DNA of 64,000 nt from an uncultured Phycisphaerales bacterium. GTDB lineage: Bacteria > Planctomycetota > Phycisphaerae > Sedimentisphaerales > Anaerobacaceae. The position numbers were made by a program, and so were the translations under genes. The DNA is taken from assembly GCA_963772725.1 (NCBI GenBank), contig CAVYYI010000004.1, positions 224,001-288,000 on the forward strand, written 5' to 3'. Below the pieces are notes generated by a model that saw only the letters and a program-made list of their open reading frames with translations, was not told the DNA's origin and searched no databases. Shown piece by piece: positions 20,080-30,176 of this stretch; position 1 is the first letter of the stretch; each line of letters starts with the position of its first letter.

Positions 20080-22090
20080 ATGAAGATTTCGCTGAATTGG
20101 CTGAATGATTATGTTCAAACGGGGCTAAATGCCGAGGAAATAAGTCAAATTTTGAGCAATCTCGGTTTTCCCTGTGAATCAATCGAGCATCTTAAAGACG
20201 ACGCGGTAATTGACGTAGAGGTGACGAGCAATCGCGGGGACTGTCTGTCGTATATCGGCATTGCGCGTGAATTAGCAGTGGTTACCGGCAAAGAACTGAA
20301 ATTACCGGTGATAAGTCTTGACGAATCGTCGAAGAGTGCGAGCGAATTTGCCGTGGTGGAAATTGATGAACCGAAATTGTGCCGTCGATATACCGCACGC
20401 GTTATAGAGGGCGTCAAGATTGGGCCTTCGCCGCAGTGGGTTGTGAAACGGCTGGAAGCGGTAGGGATGCGGAGCGTTAATAATGTGGTCGATGCGACTA
20501 ATTACGCGATGATGGAGACAGGCCAGCCTCCGCATGCTTTTGATTATAAAAAAATATTTGGGGGTAAAATAATCGTTAGAAACGCCCGTGCCGGTGAACG
20601 AATTATCAGTATCGACGGGTCGAAGTGCGATTTGGACACAAATATGCTTGTCATCGCAGATAGTCAAATGCCTGTTGCGGTCGCGGGTGTAATGGGCGGA
20701 CTTGACAGCGAGGTAAGCGATGGGACGACGACGGTTCTGCTTGAGGATGCGTGGTTCGACCCTGTGTGTGTCAGGACGACGTCGCGGAAACTTTCGCTGC
20801 CATCGGATGCTGCATTCAGGTTCGAGCGGATTGTCGATATTGAGATGATTGACTGGGCGTCGAGGCGGACGGCTCAACTGATTACGCAATTGGCGGGCGG
20901 CAAAGTCGCAAAAGGGGTGGTTGATATTTATCCCGGTAAAGGGACTAAAAAGCAGGCAACGCTGAGATTGTCCCGACTCAAGAAACTGCTTGGTATAGAG
21001 ATTGCGGCTGAAGAGATGGTAAAGATTTTGTCGCGGCTTGGTTTTAATCCTCAGCAAAAAGGCGATTCGATTGAGTGTACATCGCCATCGTGGCGAAGTG
21101 ACATTTATCGTGAGGCCGACCTGATTGAGGAGGTAGCACGCGTTTATGGCTATGACAAGATACCGACGGAGCATAAAATTGAGATAGAGGTTGTGTCTCA
21201 TGACACCAGGCAGAAACTGACGAACGCTGTAATTTCGTATCTGAATGGATGCGGTTTCTATGAGGCGGTTACCGTTACTTTTACTGATGAGCAGGTCGCT
21301 GGACTTTTCACGAGCAGTGATATCGCGGAACATCTGGCGGTAAAAGATGTGGCCAGGAAGAGCGCAAATCTGCTTAGGCAGAACCTTATCGGTTCGCTGC
21401 TTGGTGTGCTGAAAACCAATCTGAATGTAGGGAATACGCCGTGCAGAATATTTGAAATTGCAGACACTTTTATTCCGGATAAAAATTCTGTGCTGCCGGT
21501 TGAGAATCCCAAGCTGAGCCTTGTTTGCGATGGGGACATTAGATTTCTGCGAGGTGTCATTGAGGGACTGGTGCGGAGTATTAAAAGAGACAGCAAAGTT
21601 ATTTTCCGGCCTGCGCAGGCGGCATGGACGCAGGTGGGTGCGGAAGTGGTTATAAATGGTAACACGGCGGGAATGGCGGGAATTGTCTCACAGAAGATAA
21701 AGGAAAAATTCGATTTTAAAACGCAGCCTTGCGCGGCGGAGATTGATTTTGATGGTCTTTTAGCGCTGGCCGGTGAGGCGGTAAAAGTCAAGGCGATACC
21801 GAGATTTCCAGCGATAGACCGTGACCTTTCTATCATTGTCGATGATAAGATTTCGTGGGCGGATATTTCCGCGGCGGTGGACAAAAAGGCATCATCGGAA
21901 CTTGAGAAGCTTGATTTTATCGAGATATATCGCGGCAAGAGTATTCCAGCGGGCAAAAAAGAGCGTGACGCTGACGCTTCGGTTCAGGGACACGGACGGG
22001 ACACTTACCCACGAGCAGGTTGACAGCTTTGAATCGGTAATTGTCAAAGGACTGCGTGATACGCTCGGTGCCGAATTGCGGACGTCTTAA
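20080..22090 (+). CDS. pheT: Phenylalanine-tRNA ligase beta subunit (short form without the B2 OB domain; frameshift in the A-run near 21955)
   Basis: MKISLNWL, NRGDCLS, NNVVDATNY, GQPPHAFD, FRFER, DLIEEVAR; the FDX-ACB end (KSVTLTLRFR...GAELRTS) is in the next frame. Confidence 0.95.
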
Positions 22091-22250
22091 ATTGGGTTTT
22101 GGATGCGGAATAAGCAATTGGAAGGCAAGGATTAAGAGATATGCTTATTGCTGATTATCAGTTATTCGTTCAGAATATTGTTATTACATTGTAAATGGTA
22201 CTAAATTTCCATAAAGAGGGATGAATATTATTCAAGCGAAAGGAAAAACA

Positions 22251-22811
22251 ATGAAACTGACAATTATTATCTCATTATTGGTGTTGCCGTTCCTGTTGTT
22301 GGCGGGGTGCGCGGTCGCACCGGATAACCAGCCCGACAAAGACGTTCTCACGGCGCAGGTGCAGGAAGCTGTGACGATTTTCAAGACGAAAGACCCGACT
22401 ATTGAACGGTTCTTTAAGCAGTCTTACGGCTACGCAGTGTTTCCCAAGATTTTTAAGGCAGGATTAGTCGCCAGCGGCGCTTATGGCAGGGGAGAAGTGT
22501 TCGAAGGGGGGAAAATGGCTGGCTACAGCAGTATGTCACAGGCGAGCGTCGGATTTTCCATAGGCGGAGAGTTCTATCGCGAAATAGTGTTTTTCAGGGA
22601 TAAATATGACCTTGATAAATTCAAGAGACAGGAATATACATTTGCTGCTCAAGTTACAGGGGTGGCGGTTACGGCTGGGGCAGCGTCAAAATGGGATTAT
22701 AAGGCTGGGCTGGCGGTGTTTATTATGGCGGAATCCGGTTTGATGGTGGACGCTTCGGTGGGTGGACAGAGGTTTGAATATCTCCCGCTTCCTATAGAGT
22801 ATAAACCATAG
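22251..22811 (+). CDS. Ysc84/SYLF lipid-binding domain lipoprotein, copy 1
   Basis: Lipobox LAGC; GYAVFPKI.KAG, GAYGRGEV, ASVGFSIGG, GLMVDASVGGQRF. Confidence 0.85.
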   Translation: MKLTIIISLLVLPFLLLAGCAVAPDNQPDKDVLTAQVQEAVTIFKTKDPTIERFFKQSYGYAVFPKIFKAGLVASGAYGRGEVFEGGKMAGYSSMSQASVGFSIGGEFYREIVFFRDKYDLDKFKRQEYTFAAQVTGVAVTAGAASKWDYKAGLAVFIMAESGLMVDASVGGQRFEYLPLPIEYKP

Positions 22812-22857
22812 CGAATAAGCTGATTAAATTTTTCAGTAAAATTGAAAGGGGACAAAA

Positions 22858-23401
22858 ATGAAAAAAACAATAATTATTTTATCGTTACTGCTTGCTTTTA
22901 TAGCAGCTGGATGGCGCAACTGCACTGAAAAGCCAGAGGGTAAAGAGGTACTTACGGCACAGGTCGATGAAGCGGTATCCCTATTCAAGACAAAAGACCC
23001 GTCTATTGATAAGTTTTTCAAGCAGTCCTATGGTTATGCTGTGTTTCCGAAGATAGGCAAGGGAGCGTTCTGGATTGGCGGGGCTTTTGGCAGAGGAGAA
23101 GTTTTCGAGCAGGGTAAGATGGTCGGCTACAGACCGATCTCAGGTGAGCCTGGGTTTTTCGTTCGGCGGTGAATTCTTCCGTGAAATCGTCTTCTTTAGA
23201 GATAAATCAGACCTCGATAAATTTAAACAAGAAGAATACACCTTTAATGCACAGGTTACGGGTGTAGCTCTTACCTCAGGTGCGGCAGCCAAGGCAGATT
23301 ACAAATCCGGTCTGGCGGTGTTTATTATGGCGGATAAGGGCCTTATGGTTGACGCATCTCTTGGCGGTCAGAAGTTTAAATATCAGGCTGAGCAGAAATA
23401 A
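22858..23401 (+). CDS. Ysc84/SYLF lipoprotein, copy 2 (tandem paralog; frameshift near 23135 and compensating indels near 22910-22925)
   Basis: Near-identical blocks to copy 1 (FFKQSYGYAVFPKI, REIVFFRDK, GLMVDAS.GGQ) split across ORFs 22858-23172 and 23075-23401. Confidence 0.8.
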
Positions 23402-23532
23402 TAATCCGAAAGTCATTGTGAAATTTGGATTGTTTGCTGCATGGATAAGCTGTATAATTCCCGCTTTAACGTTTGTTGTTCCCGCGCAGGCGGGGATGTG
23501 TATTGTTTATAAACATAATTGAGGTTAAACAA

Positions 23533-24747
23533 ATGGCTAAAGCGGAAAAAGTGGTATTGGCATACAGCGGCGGACTTGATACGAGTGTAATTCTGCCGTG
23601 GCTTAAAGAAACTTATGGTTATGACGTAATCGCGTTCGCCGCGGAATTGGGGCAGGGCGATGAACTTTCTGGCATAAAGAAAAAGGCACTTGAAACTGGT
23701 GCGGTCAAGTGCATTGTTAAAGATTTGCGGAAGGAGTTTGTGGAGGATTTTATCTGGCCGATGCTCAAAGCAGGCGCCGTATATGAAAACGGGTACCTGC
23801 TGGGTACGAGTATCGCGCGGCCTTTAATCGCCAAGCATCAGGTGGAAGTTGCGCATCAGGAACACGCCACCGCTGTCGCTCACGGCGCGACAGGCAAGGG
23901 GAATGACCAGGTTCGGTTCGAGCTTACGTTTATGGCTCTTGACCCGTCTTTGAAAATCATCGCTCCCTGGAAGGACAAGAATTTTACGCTTACCAGCCGG
24001 GAGGCTGCTATTGATTATGCGAAGAAGCATAAGATTCCCATTGACCAGAGCAAAAAGAAAATCTATTCTCGAGACCGGAATTTGTGGCACATTAGCCATG
24101 AAGGGGCGGACCTTGAGGACCCGTGGAATGAGCCGAAGGACGAGTTGTTCGTTATTTCTCAGCCGGTCGTTAAAGCGCCGAACAAGCCTGATTATGTCGA
24201 GATTGGATTTGTTGAGGGTGTGCCGGTTAAACTCAACGGCAAAGCAACCAACGGTGTAAAACTTATTGAGGAACTTAATTATATTGGGGGTAAACACGGT
24301 GTTGGGCAGGCGGATTTGGTGGAAAATCGTCTTGTCGGGATGAAGTCACGCGGCGTGTATGAGACGCCGGGCGGAACGATACTGATGGCTGCGCATAGCT
24401 GGCTTGAAAGTCTGACGCTTGACCGCGAAACAATGCACTATAAGCAGCAGGTCGCGTTGAAATACGCCGAGATGGTTTATTACGGCCAGTGGTATTGCCG
24501 GCTTCGCGAGGCGCTGGACGCGTTTGTGGATGTAACCCAGCGGAATGTTACAGGGGCTGTGCGGGTCAAACTCTTTAAGGGTAAATGCACATTGGCGGGC
24601 GTTAAAAGCGCAAACAGCTTATACCGTCCCGACCTCGCGAGTTTTACGATGGGCGCCGCTTACGATTCGACGGATGCTATCGGCTTTATTCGTTTGTTCG
24701 GTTTGCCGATGAAAATAGCCGGCGCAATTGACCGCAAGAAAACATAA
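23533..24747 (+). CDS. argG: Argininosuccinate synthase
   Basis: [46 protein letters not shown]. Confidence 0.97.
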   Translation: MAKAEKVVLAYSGGLDTSVILPWLKETYGYDVIAFAAELGQGDELSGIKKKALETGAVKCIVKDLRKEFVEDFIWPMLKAGAVYENGYLLGTSIARPLIAKHQVEVAHQEHATAVAHGATGKGNDQVRFELTFMALDPSLKIIAPWKDKNFTLTSREAAIDYAKKHKIPIDQSKKKIYSRDRNLWHISHEGADLEDPWNEPKDELFVISQPVVKAPNKPDYVEIGFVEGVPVKLNGKATNGVKLIEELNYIGGKHGVGQADLVENRLVGMKSRGVYETPGGTILMAAHSWLESLTLDRETMHYKQQVALKYAEMVYYGQWYCRLREALDAFVDVTQRNVTGAVRVKLFKGKCTLAGVKSANSLYRPDLASFTMGAAYDSTDAIGFIRLFGLPMKIAGAIDRKKT

Positions 24748-24807
24748 GTTGCCATTTTGCCGCGTTAGTGGTATTTTAAGGGTAACGTACAGGTTAGAAG
24801 AGCGATT

Positions 24808-25185
24808 ATGGATATCCAAAAACAAGTTGATTATTGGGTAAAAAGTGCAGAAGATGATTTTGCAGCGGCGCAATCGCTATTAGAAAAAGGCCATTTCAGG
24901 CATTGTCTTTTTTTTGCGCATCTTGCCGTTGAGAAAATGCTCAAAGCGCATGTAGTCAAAATAACTAATGATATGCCGCCGCGTATTCATAATCTGGTTC
25001 GTCTTGCCGAGATATCACAATTAAAGCCAAATCAGGAACAATTAAAATTCTTATACCGGTTCGGTCTTTATCAGCTTGAAGGACGTTATCCTGATGCAGG
25101 ACAGGCAACGCTGGATTTGGAAACGGCAAAAGAGAAACTTATATCGGTAAAGGGGTTATTGGAATGGTTGAAAGTACAGTTGTAG
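24808..25185 (+). CDS. HEPN domain protein
   Basis: AEDDF..A..L, CLFFAHLAVEKMLKA, PPRIHNL, RYP. Confidence 0.85.
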   Translation: MDIQKQVDYWVKSAEDDFAAAQSLLEKGHFRHCLFFAHLAVEKMLKAHVVKITNDMPPRIHNLVRLAEISQLKPNQEQLKFLYRFGLYQLEGRYPDAGQATLDLETAKEKLISVKGLLEWLKVQL

Positions 25186-25490
25186 CCGCAGTTAGAAAAT
25201 ATATCACCGCACTTTCGGGAGCAGGTATCCATGCCAGCAAGGCGGTGCTTTTTGGTTCTTATGCCACGGGTAAAGCCGATAGGTGGAGCGATATTGATTT
25301 GATTGTGATTGCCAAAGAGTTCGACGAGCCAAAGGAACTGGAGCTTGTAGAAACAATGTGGCAGACAACAGCGTTAGCGGATAGTCGTATCGAGCCGATA
25401 CCCTGCGGGGAGAAGGAGTGGGAGACAGACCAGAGCCGTCCTATTCTTGAAATCGCCAGGCGCGAAGGCGTCGTTATTAATTCAGATTAA
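25164..25490 (+). CDS. Minimal nucleotidyltransferase (MNT)
   Basis: LFGSYATG...SDIDL (GS..DxD), EIARREG; overlaps the HEPN gene end. Confidence 0.88.
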   Translation: MVESTVVAAVRKYITALSGAGIHASKAVLFGSYATGKADRWSDIDLIVIAKEFDEPKELELVETMWQTTALADSRIEPIPCGEKEWETDQSRPILEIARREGVVINSD

Positions 25491-25521
25491 TTTCGGTCAG
25501 CTTGAAAACAAAAGGCTAACA

Positions 25522-26496
25522 ATGAAAAAAACCGGTCTTTCATTAATTGAACTGCTGGTTGTTGTCGTGAGTATAGCTCTGGTGATGGGTATATTGATTC
25601 CTGTTCTTGCCAAAGTCAAACTGATTTCTTGCCGCAGGGCTTGTGAATCAAATCTGTCACATATTTTTAAGGCAATGTTGGTTTATACTGACGACTGGGA
25701 TGAGCCATTCCCCCTGGCAGGAGGAAAACGAATTAGTTCATCTGCTCCGTGGTGTGTCAATGGGATAATATCCAACTGGCAGGGAAATACATGGCAAGAT
25801 GCTTACGGTTCGGATGAGGGTGTAACAATTACATCGTGCTTTTATCTTCTGGTGAAATATGCCAATGTTGTGCCTAAAACTTTTGTTTGCAGGGGGGACA
25901 AAGGGGCTAAAGAATTTAAGCTAAGTGAACAAAAGGATTGTACTTTAAGAGATATTACCGAAGCTTGGGATTTTGGTAATAATCCATCTACATATTGCAG
26001 CTATGCTTATCAGTATCCATTTTCCGGTTATGGTGCCAGAAGTATATCTGCGAAAGGTACGCCGGTATTGGCAGATAGAAACCCGTATTATGATGATAAC
26101 GCAAGGGGCGCGGGTAATAGCTCTTTAAGGGGGAAAATGTATCTTGATGGCGGCGATGGGCAGGACGGAGTTCGATTCTGGGATACAGCCGGTCAGAAAT
26201 ATGCCGACCCTGACAAAACGGGTAATACGGCGGCACACCGGAGAAGTGGGCAAAATGTTGCATTTGTGGATGGCCATGTGAAATTTGTCAAGACGGTGAA
26301 TGTCGGTATTGATAATGATAATATTTATACGCCCTGGCCTGTGGCTGAGGCTGCGCAGGCACAGAGAGAAATAGGGATAATTAACGCGCGAGGCTGGGAC
26401 TGTGGGACAATAAATATGCCAAGTTTACCGATTGATAAGCAGAAGGATGCTTTTCTGGTAAGCGAGAGTCAGAGTGTTGGAAAAACGGGCGAGTGA
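25522..26496 (+). CDS. Prepilin-type N-terminal cleavage/methylation protein with H-X9-DG-like C-terminal motif
   Basis: GLSLIELLVVV, C.SNL, SYAY, HRRSGQNVAFVDGHV. Confidence 0.88.
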   Translation: MKKTGLSLIELLVVVVSIALVMGILIPVLAKVKLISCRRACESNLSHIFKAMLVYTDDWDEPFPLAGGKRISSSAPWCVNGIISNWQGNTWQDAYGSDEGVTITSCFYLLVKYANVVPKTFVCRGDKGAKEFKLSEQKDCTLRDITEAWDFGNNPSTYCSYAYQYPFSGYGARSISAKGTPVLADRNPYYDDNARGAGNSSLRGKMYLDGGDGQDGVRFWDTAGQKYADPDKTGNTAAHRRSGQNVAFVDGHVKFVKTVNVGIDNDNIYTPWPVAEAAQAQREIGIINARGWDCGTINMPSLPIDKQKDAFLVSESQSVGKTGE

Positions 26497-27251
26497 AAAA
26501 GTCGAAGATACAAGAAGGTGTAAGTTTAATAGGGCAGGGATTGCATCATCTTTTCTGGCCGGCGATATGCGTGAGTTGTCGGGAAATTATCGGCGAGGGA
26601 AGAAACGGACTGTGTAAAAACTGCTGGGATGAGGTGATGGCGTCCTGTGCTGGTGACTACTGTCCGCGGTGCGGAAGGGATGTTAGCAAGTACGCTGTTC
26701 TAAATGGTGTTTGCCCGTGGTGTCAGGGGGAGGAAATATATTTTGATAATATCGCACGGGCGGGGGTTTATGATAAGTCGCTGCGATCAATGATACTGGC
26801 GTTTAAGAAGAACCGCGTGGAATTGGATTCGATGCTGGGTTCGCTTGTGAATTCAGCTTTGCAGGGCAGCGGTTTTTATAATGAAATAGAAATGTTTGTA
26901 CCTGTTCCGCTGCATTGGACAAGGCGGCTGATTCGAGGCTATAACCAATCAAGGCTCATTGCTCAAACTCTAAAACATCCGCGTGCGGAAATCAGCGATG
27001 ACCTTGCGAGGATTCGCATGACTAAGGCGCAGCCGGCAATGCAAACGCCTGCTAAGAGAGCGAAAAATGTTGCGGGCGCTTTTGCTGTGCGATACAGGCA
27101 TGATTTTAATGGCAAAAAGGTTTGTCTTGTCGATGATATTAAGACGACAGGTTCAACGCTCAATGAGTGTGCAAGGACGCTTAAAGAAGCTGGTGCGGCA
27201 AAAGTCTTTGCTGTTGTTTTAGCGGTGGCGGGACAACATATTGACTATTAA
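26493..27251 (+). CDS. ComF family protein (double zinc ribbon plus phosphoribosyltransferase)
   Basis: CxxC pairs, VPVPLH, RGYNQS, LVDDIKTTGSTL. Confidence 0.9.
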   Translation: MKKSKIQEGVSLIGQGLHHLFWPAICVSCREIIGEGRNGLCKNCWDEVMASCAGDYCPRCGRDVSKYAVLNGVCPWCQGEEIYFDNIARAGVYDKSLRSMILAFKKNRVELDSMLGSLVNSALQGSGFYNEIEMFVPVPLHWTRRLIRGYNQSRLIAQTLKHPRAEISDDLARIRMTKAQPAMQTPAKRAKNVAGAFAVRYRHDFNGKKVCLVDDIKTTGSTLNECARTLKEAGAAKVFAVVLAVAGQHIDY

Positions 27252-27510
27252 CTCAGAAGCACTAAGCTTGAAGCACGACAAATTCCAAACATAAAAATCA
27301 AAGAATTACACAGTGATAAAAATATTTATTTAACTACTGATTGGTACGTAAAGTCTGATAATGGCGATAGTTACGCCGTTTAATTAATAAACGGTAATAG
27401 ACTCAAACTTTAATAAAGTTAAAATATATTTTAAAAAAGTTAAAATTCTGCTTGCTTTCATAAAATGAAAGTGTATTTTAATAATATGGAAGTAAATGAG
27501 GAGCTATATT

Positions 27511-27813
27511 ATGGCTGATACGATTCCAGAATGGATTAAAGGGCTGAGTGAAGAGGACTGGCAGTTTATTAAACGTATGCTGCTGGCGTCTGGTTCTCTT
27601 AAAGATGTGGCTGAACAATATGGTATTTCTTATCCTACGGTCAGAATCAGGTTGAACAGTCTCATCGAGAAAGTCCAGATACTCGATTCCAAAAAATCAA
27701 AGACGCCGTTTCATCAAAAAATTCAGTTGCTCGTGGCGGAGGGGAAACTTGATATTTCGGTCGCGAGGACATTAATAAGAACTTTTGAGGAAACTATAAG
27801 CGGAAAGGGGTAA
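27511..27813 (+). CDS. DUF2089-family HTH protein
   Basis: LSEEDWQFIKRMLLASGSLKDVA..YGISYPTVR.RL; GAGGAG RBS. Confidence 0.82.
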   Translation: MADTIPEWIKGLSEEDWQFIKRMLLASGSLKDVAEQYGISYPTVRIRLNSLIEKVQILDSKKSKTPFHQKIQLLVAEGKLDISVARTLIRTFEETISGKG

Positions 27814-27815
27814 AT

Positions 27816-28157
27816 ATGGAAGAATGGTTTAATTCACAAATGGCTGGGTTTATCGGTGGTGCGATTGGGGCTGGATTAGGGATATTGGGAGGTCTGATTG
27901 GCGGCTTCAGTAACTTTTGCATACGAAAGGGCTGGAAAAAAATTGTGTATGGGGCATTTGTTTTTGGTATAGCTGGAAGCGTTATTTTGTTGCTGACAGG
28001 TATTATCGCTTTATGCGTCAAACAGCCTTATCATGTATGGTATGTATTTTTGCTGCCCGGATTTATAGGGACAATTGTTTTTTCGAGCCTTTTTCCAGTG
28101 ATGCGCAAAAGATTTATCGAAGCTGAGATTCGCAAATCACAAGCTCAAGACCTATGA
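27816..28157 (+). CDS. Small membrane protein
   Basis: Three Gly-rich hydrophobic segments; QPYHVWY motif; starts 2 bp after the DUF2089 gene. Confidence 0.75.
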   Translation: MEEWFNSQMAGFIGGAIGAGLGILGGLIGGFSNFCIRKGWKKIVYGAFVFGIAGSVILLLTGIIALCVKQPYHVWYVFLLPGFIGTIVFSSLFPVMRKRFIEAEIRKSQAQDL

Positions 28158-28814
28158 TTTAGCGGAATGGATAAGCCAGTTGTACCAGTCGGACATGCCT
28201 TGGCCGGTTTTGGCAGAGACGGGAAAAATTTTAATATTCCTATTGAGTGTCAGGGCGTCGGACTTGACTTTTTCAATATCGAAATTAACCATGCCTGGAA
28301 CGCTGAGCAGGTCAATCTTATTTATGAGCAGGACTTTGGATTTGGCAAAAATGGCGGGGTATTTCACTGGCTTGTCGTCACCTTCAGCGACGGAAAGAAC
28401 GACGACTTTACCTGTTTCACCAAGTTCAAAGGCTGAGGGACAAACGAGGTTGCCGACATTTTCTATGAAAAGCAAATCAAGGTCATTCAGGGGAAGGCTG
28501 TGCAGGGCGGTGCTAACCTGAGCGGCGGACAAATGGCAGGAGCCTTTGGTTTCAATTTGTATGGCGGAGGCTCCGGCGGCCCTGATTCGCCGGGCGTCGA
28601 GGTCGGTTTGTATGTCGCCTTCGATGACGCCGATTTTGATTTTGCTGTTCAAGTCTGTTATGGTTTTTTCGAGGATGGTTGTTTTTCCTGAGCCGGGAGA
28701 GGATATCATATTGAGGCAAAAGCAGCGGCGTCCTGTTAATAGACGGCTGTTCTCGATAGCGTACTGTTCGTTGGCGGAAAGGATTTTTTTGCCGATGTCG
28801 ATTTTCCTGGTCAT
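28152..28814 (-). CDS. hypB: Hydrogenase nickel incorporation GTPase HypB
   Basis: SSPGSGKTT, IEGD, CHL, ENVGNLVCP, EGDDKP.KYP, NKIDL, SAKTG. Confidence 0.96.
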   Translation of the reverse strand: MTRKIDIGKKILSANEQYAIENSRLLTGRRCFCLNMISSPGSGKTTILEKTITDLNSKIKIGVIEGDIQTDLDARRIRAAGASAIQIETKGSCHLSAAQVSTALHSLPLNDLDLLFIENVGNLVCPSAFELGETGKVVVLSVAEGDDKPVKYPAIFAKSKVLLINKIDLLSVPGMVNFDIEKVKSDALTLNRNIKIFPVSAKTGQGMSDWYNWLIHSAKS

Positions 28815-28818
28815 TATA

Positions 28819-29163
28819 TTACTCCGATTCAAATTCTATCGTTTCAATAAGTAAAGGTTCATCAGGGAGCAGGCTATAATCATTGCTATTGCAGTTTGTG
28901 CAGGAGGGGTTAGTAAATTCAAATTCAAAAATTGTGGCGCAGTGTTCGCATTTAGCTTGTATGGGTTTGTGCTCAATCTGGAGTTTGATGTTTTCGCAGT
29001 TCGTTCCTTTGGCGATGGCCTCGAAGGCGAAACTCAGGGCGTCATCGTTGATAGCGTTTAATATGCCGCAACTGATTTTAGCGAGAACCGGTTTGGTTTT
29101 TTGCTTGGCCGCCTCTGCGGAAATTATTTCAAAAATTCTTTGTGCCACCATAACCTCGTGCAT
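28819..29163 (-). CDS. hypA: Hydrogenase maturation nickel chaperone HypA
   Basis: MHE start, CEHC and CTNC zinc motifs. Confidence 0.93.
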   Translation of the reverse strand: MHEVMVAQRIFEIISAEAAKQKTKPVLAKISCGILNAINDDALSFAFEAIAKGTNCENIKLQIEHKPIQAKCEHCATIFEFEFTNPSCTNCNSNDYSLLPDEPLLIETIEFESE

Positions 29164-30176
29164 CAGCAAATCCTCGGAAGTTGGCGGCCGGAGGGCATGT
29201 TAACTATTCTTTTACCGCCGATTTTTGTTGTCATTTCGACCAGTGGGACATCGCGGGTCTGTACGACTTCGCCCATTATAGCGGCGTCTTTACCGAGCGG
29301 ATGTTTTTTCATAAGTTTCAGGCAGTTGGCGGAGGTTTCTGGTGAGACAACCGTGACGAATTTCCCCTCGTTGGCGATATCGAGTACATCGAAGCCGAGA
29401 ATATCGGCAGCGGCCTCAACAGATGGATTGATAGGAATATCGGCTTGCCGAACCAGTACGTTCAGGCCGGTAGCTTTTGCGATATCGTTAAGTACGACGG
29501 CAAGGCCGCCTCGGGTGGGGTCTCGCATAAATTTTATGCCTTTTATGTTTTCGAGCAGTTGGCAAGTCAAGGGGGCAAGTGCGGCGCAATCGCTTTTCAA
29601 AGGCGACTGAAATTGGATTTCTTTTCGCTGGATGATGATGGTCATACCGTGGTCGCCTAAAGTGCCGCTGACGATTATTTTGTCGCCGGGGGTTATTTTA
29701 TTCATACCGAGGTCGATACCGGGCAATCGGATGCCGATTCCGGCAGTATTGATGAAAATGCCGTCGGCTGCGCCAGCCTCAACAGTTTTTGTATCGCCGG
29801 TAACGATATTTACGTTATTTTCTTTTGCTGTATTACTTATGCTGTCGAGAATTTTTTCGAGCGTCGTGATATCGAAGCCTGTCTCGATTATCAGAGCCAG
29901 TGACATCGCCAGCGGTTTTGCGCCGGCGACAGCCAAGTCGTTTATGGTTCCGCAGACGGCGAGTTTGCCGATGTCCCCGCCGTTAAAGAACAGAGGTTTA
30001 ACAACGTAGCTGTCAGTGGTGAAGCATATCAAATTGGATGGAAGATTAAGTTTTGCTGAATCGCCCAGTTCCGCGAGGGTGTCGTTTTTGAATCTTGGCA
30101 GGATTTTCTCGCGGATTAATTCATCGGTGAGTTGACCGCCGCCTCCGTGCGCGAGCAAAATTTTATTATGTTTCAT
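29163..30176 (-). CDS. hypE: Carbamoyl dehydratase HypE
   Basis: AHGGGG, TTDSYVV, GTINDLA, RDPTRGG, C-terminal LPRIC. Confidence 0.97.
   Translation of the reverse strand: MKHNKILLAHGGGGQLTDELIREKILPRFKNDTLAELGDSAKLNLPSNLICFTTDSYVVKPLFFNGGDIGKLAVCGTINDLAVAGAKPLAMSLALIIETGFDITTLEKILDSISNTAKENNVNIVTGDTKTVEAGAADGIFINTAGIGIRLPGIDLGMNKITPGDKIIVSGTLGDHGMTIIIQRKEIQFQSPLKSDCAALAPLTCQLLENIKGIKFMRDPTRGGLAVVLNDIAKATGLNVLVRQADIPINPSVEAAADILGFDVLDIANEGKFVTVVSPETSANCLKLMKKHPLGKDAAIMGEVVQTRDVPLVEMTTKIGGKRIVNMPSGRQLPRIC

Noticed and set aside
20302..21333. Long antisense ORFs (for example 20302-21333, 11879-12637, 51916-52590, 62632-63309)
   Set aside because: They shadow well-supported genes on the opposite strand and have no motifs of their own.
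23475..23497. GTTGTTCCCGCGCAGGCGGGGAT palindrome upstream of argG
   Set aside because: It resembles a common REP-like repeat, but it is a single degenerate copy here, too little to call.
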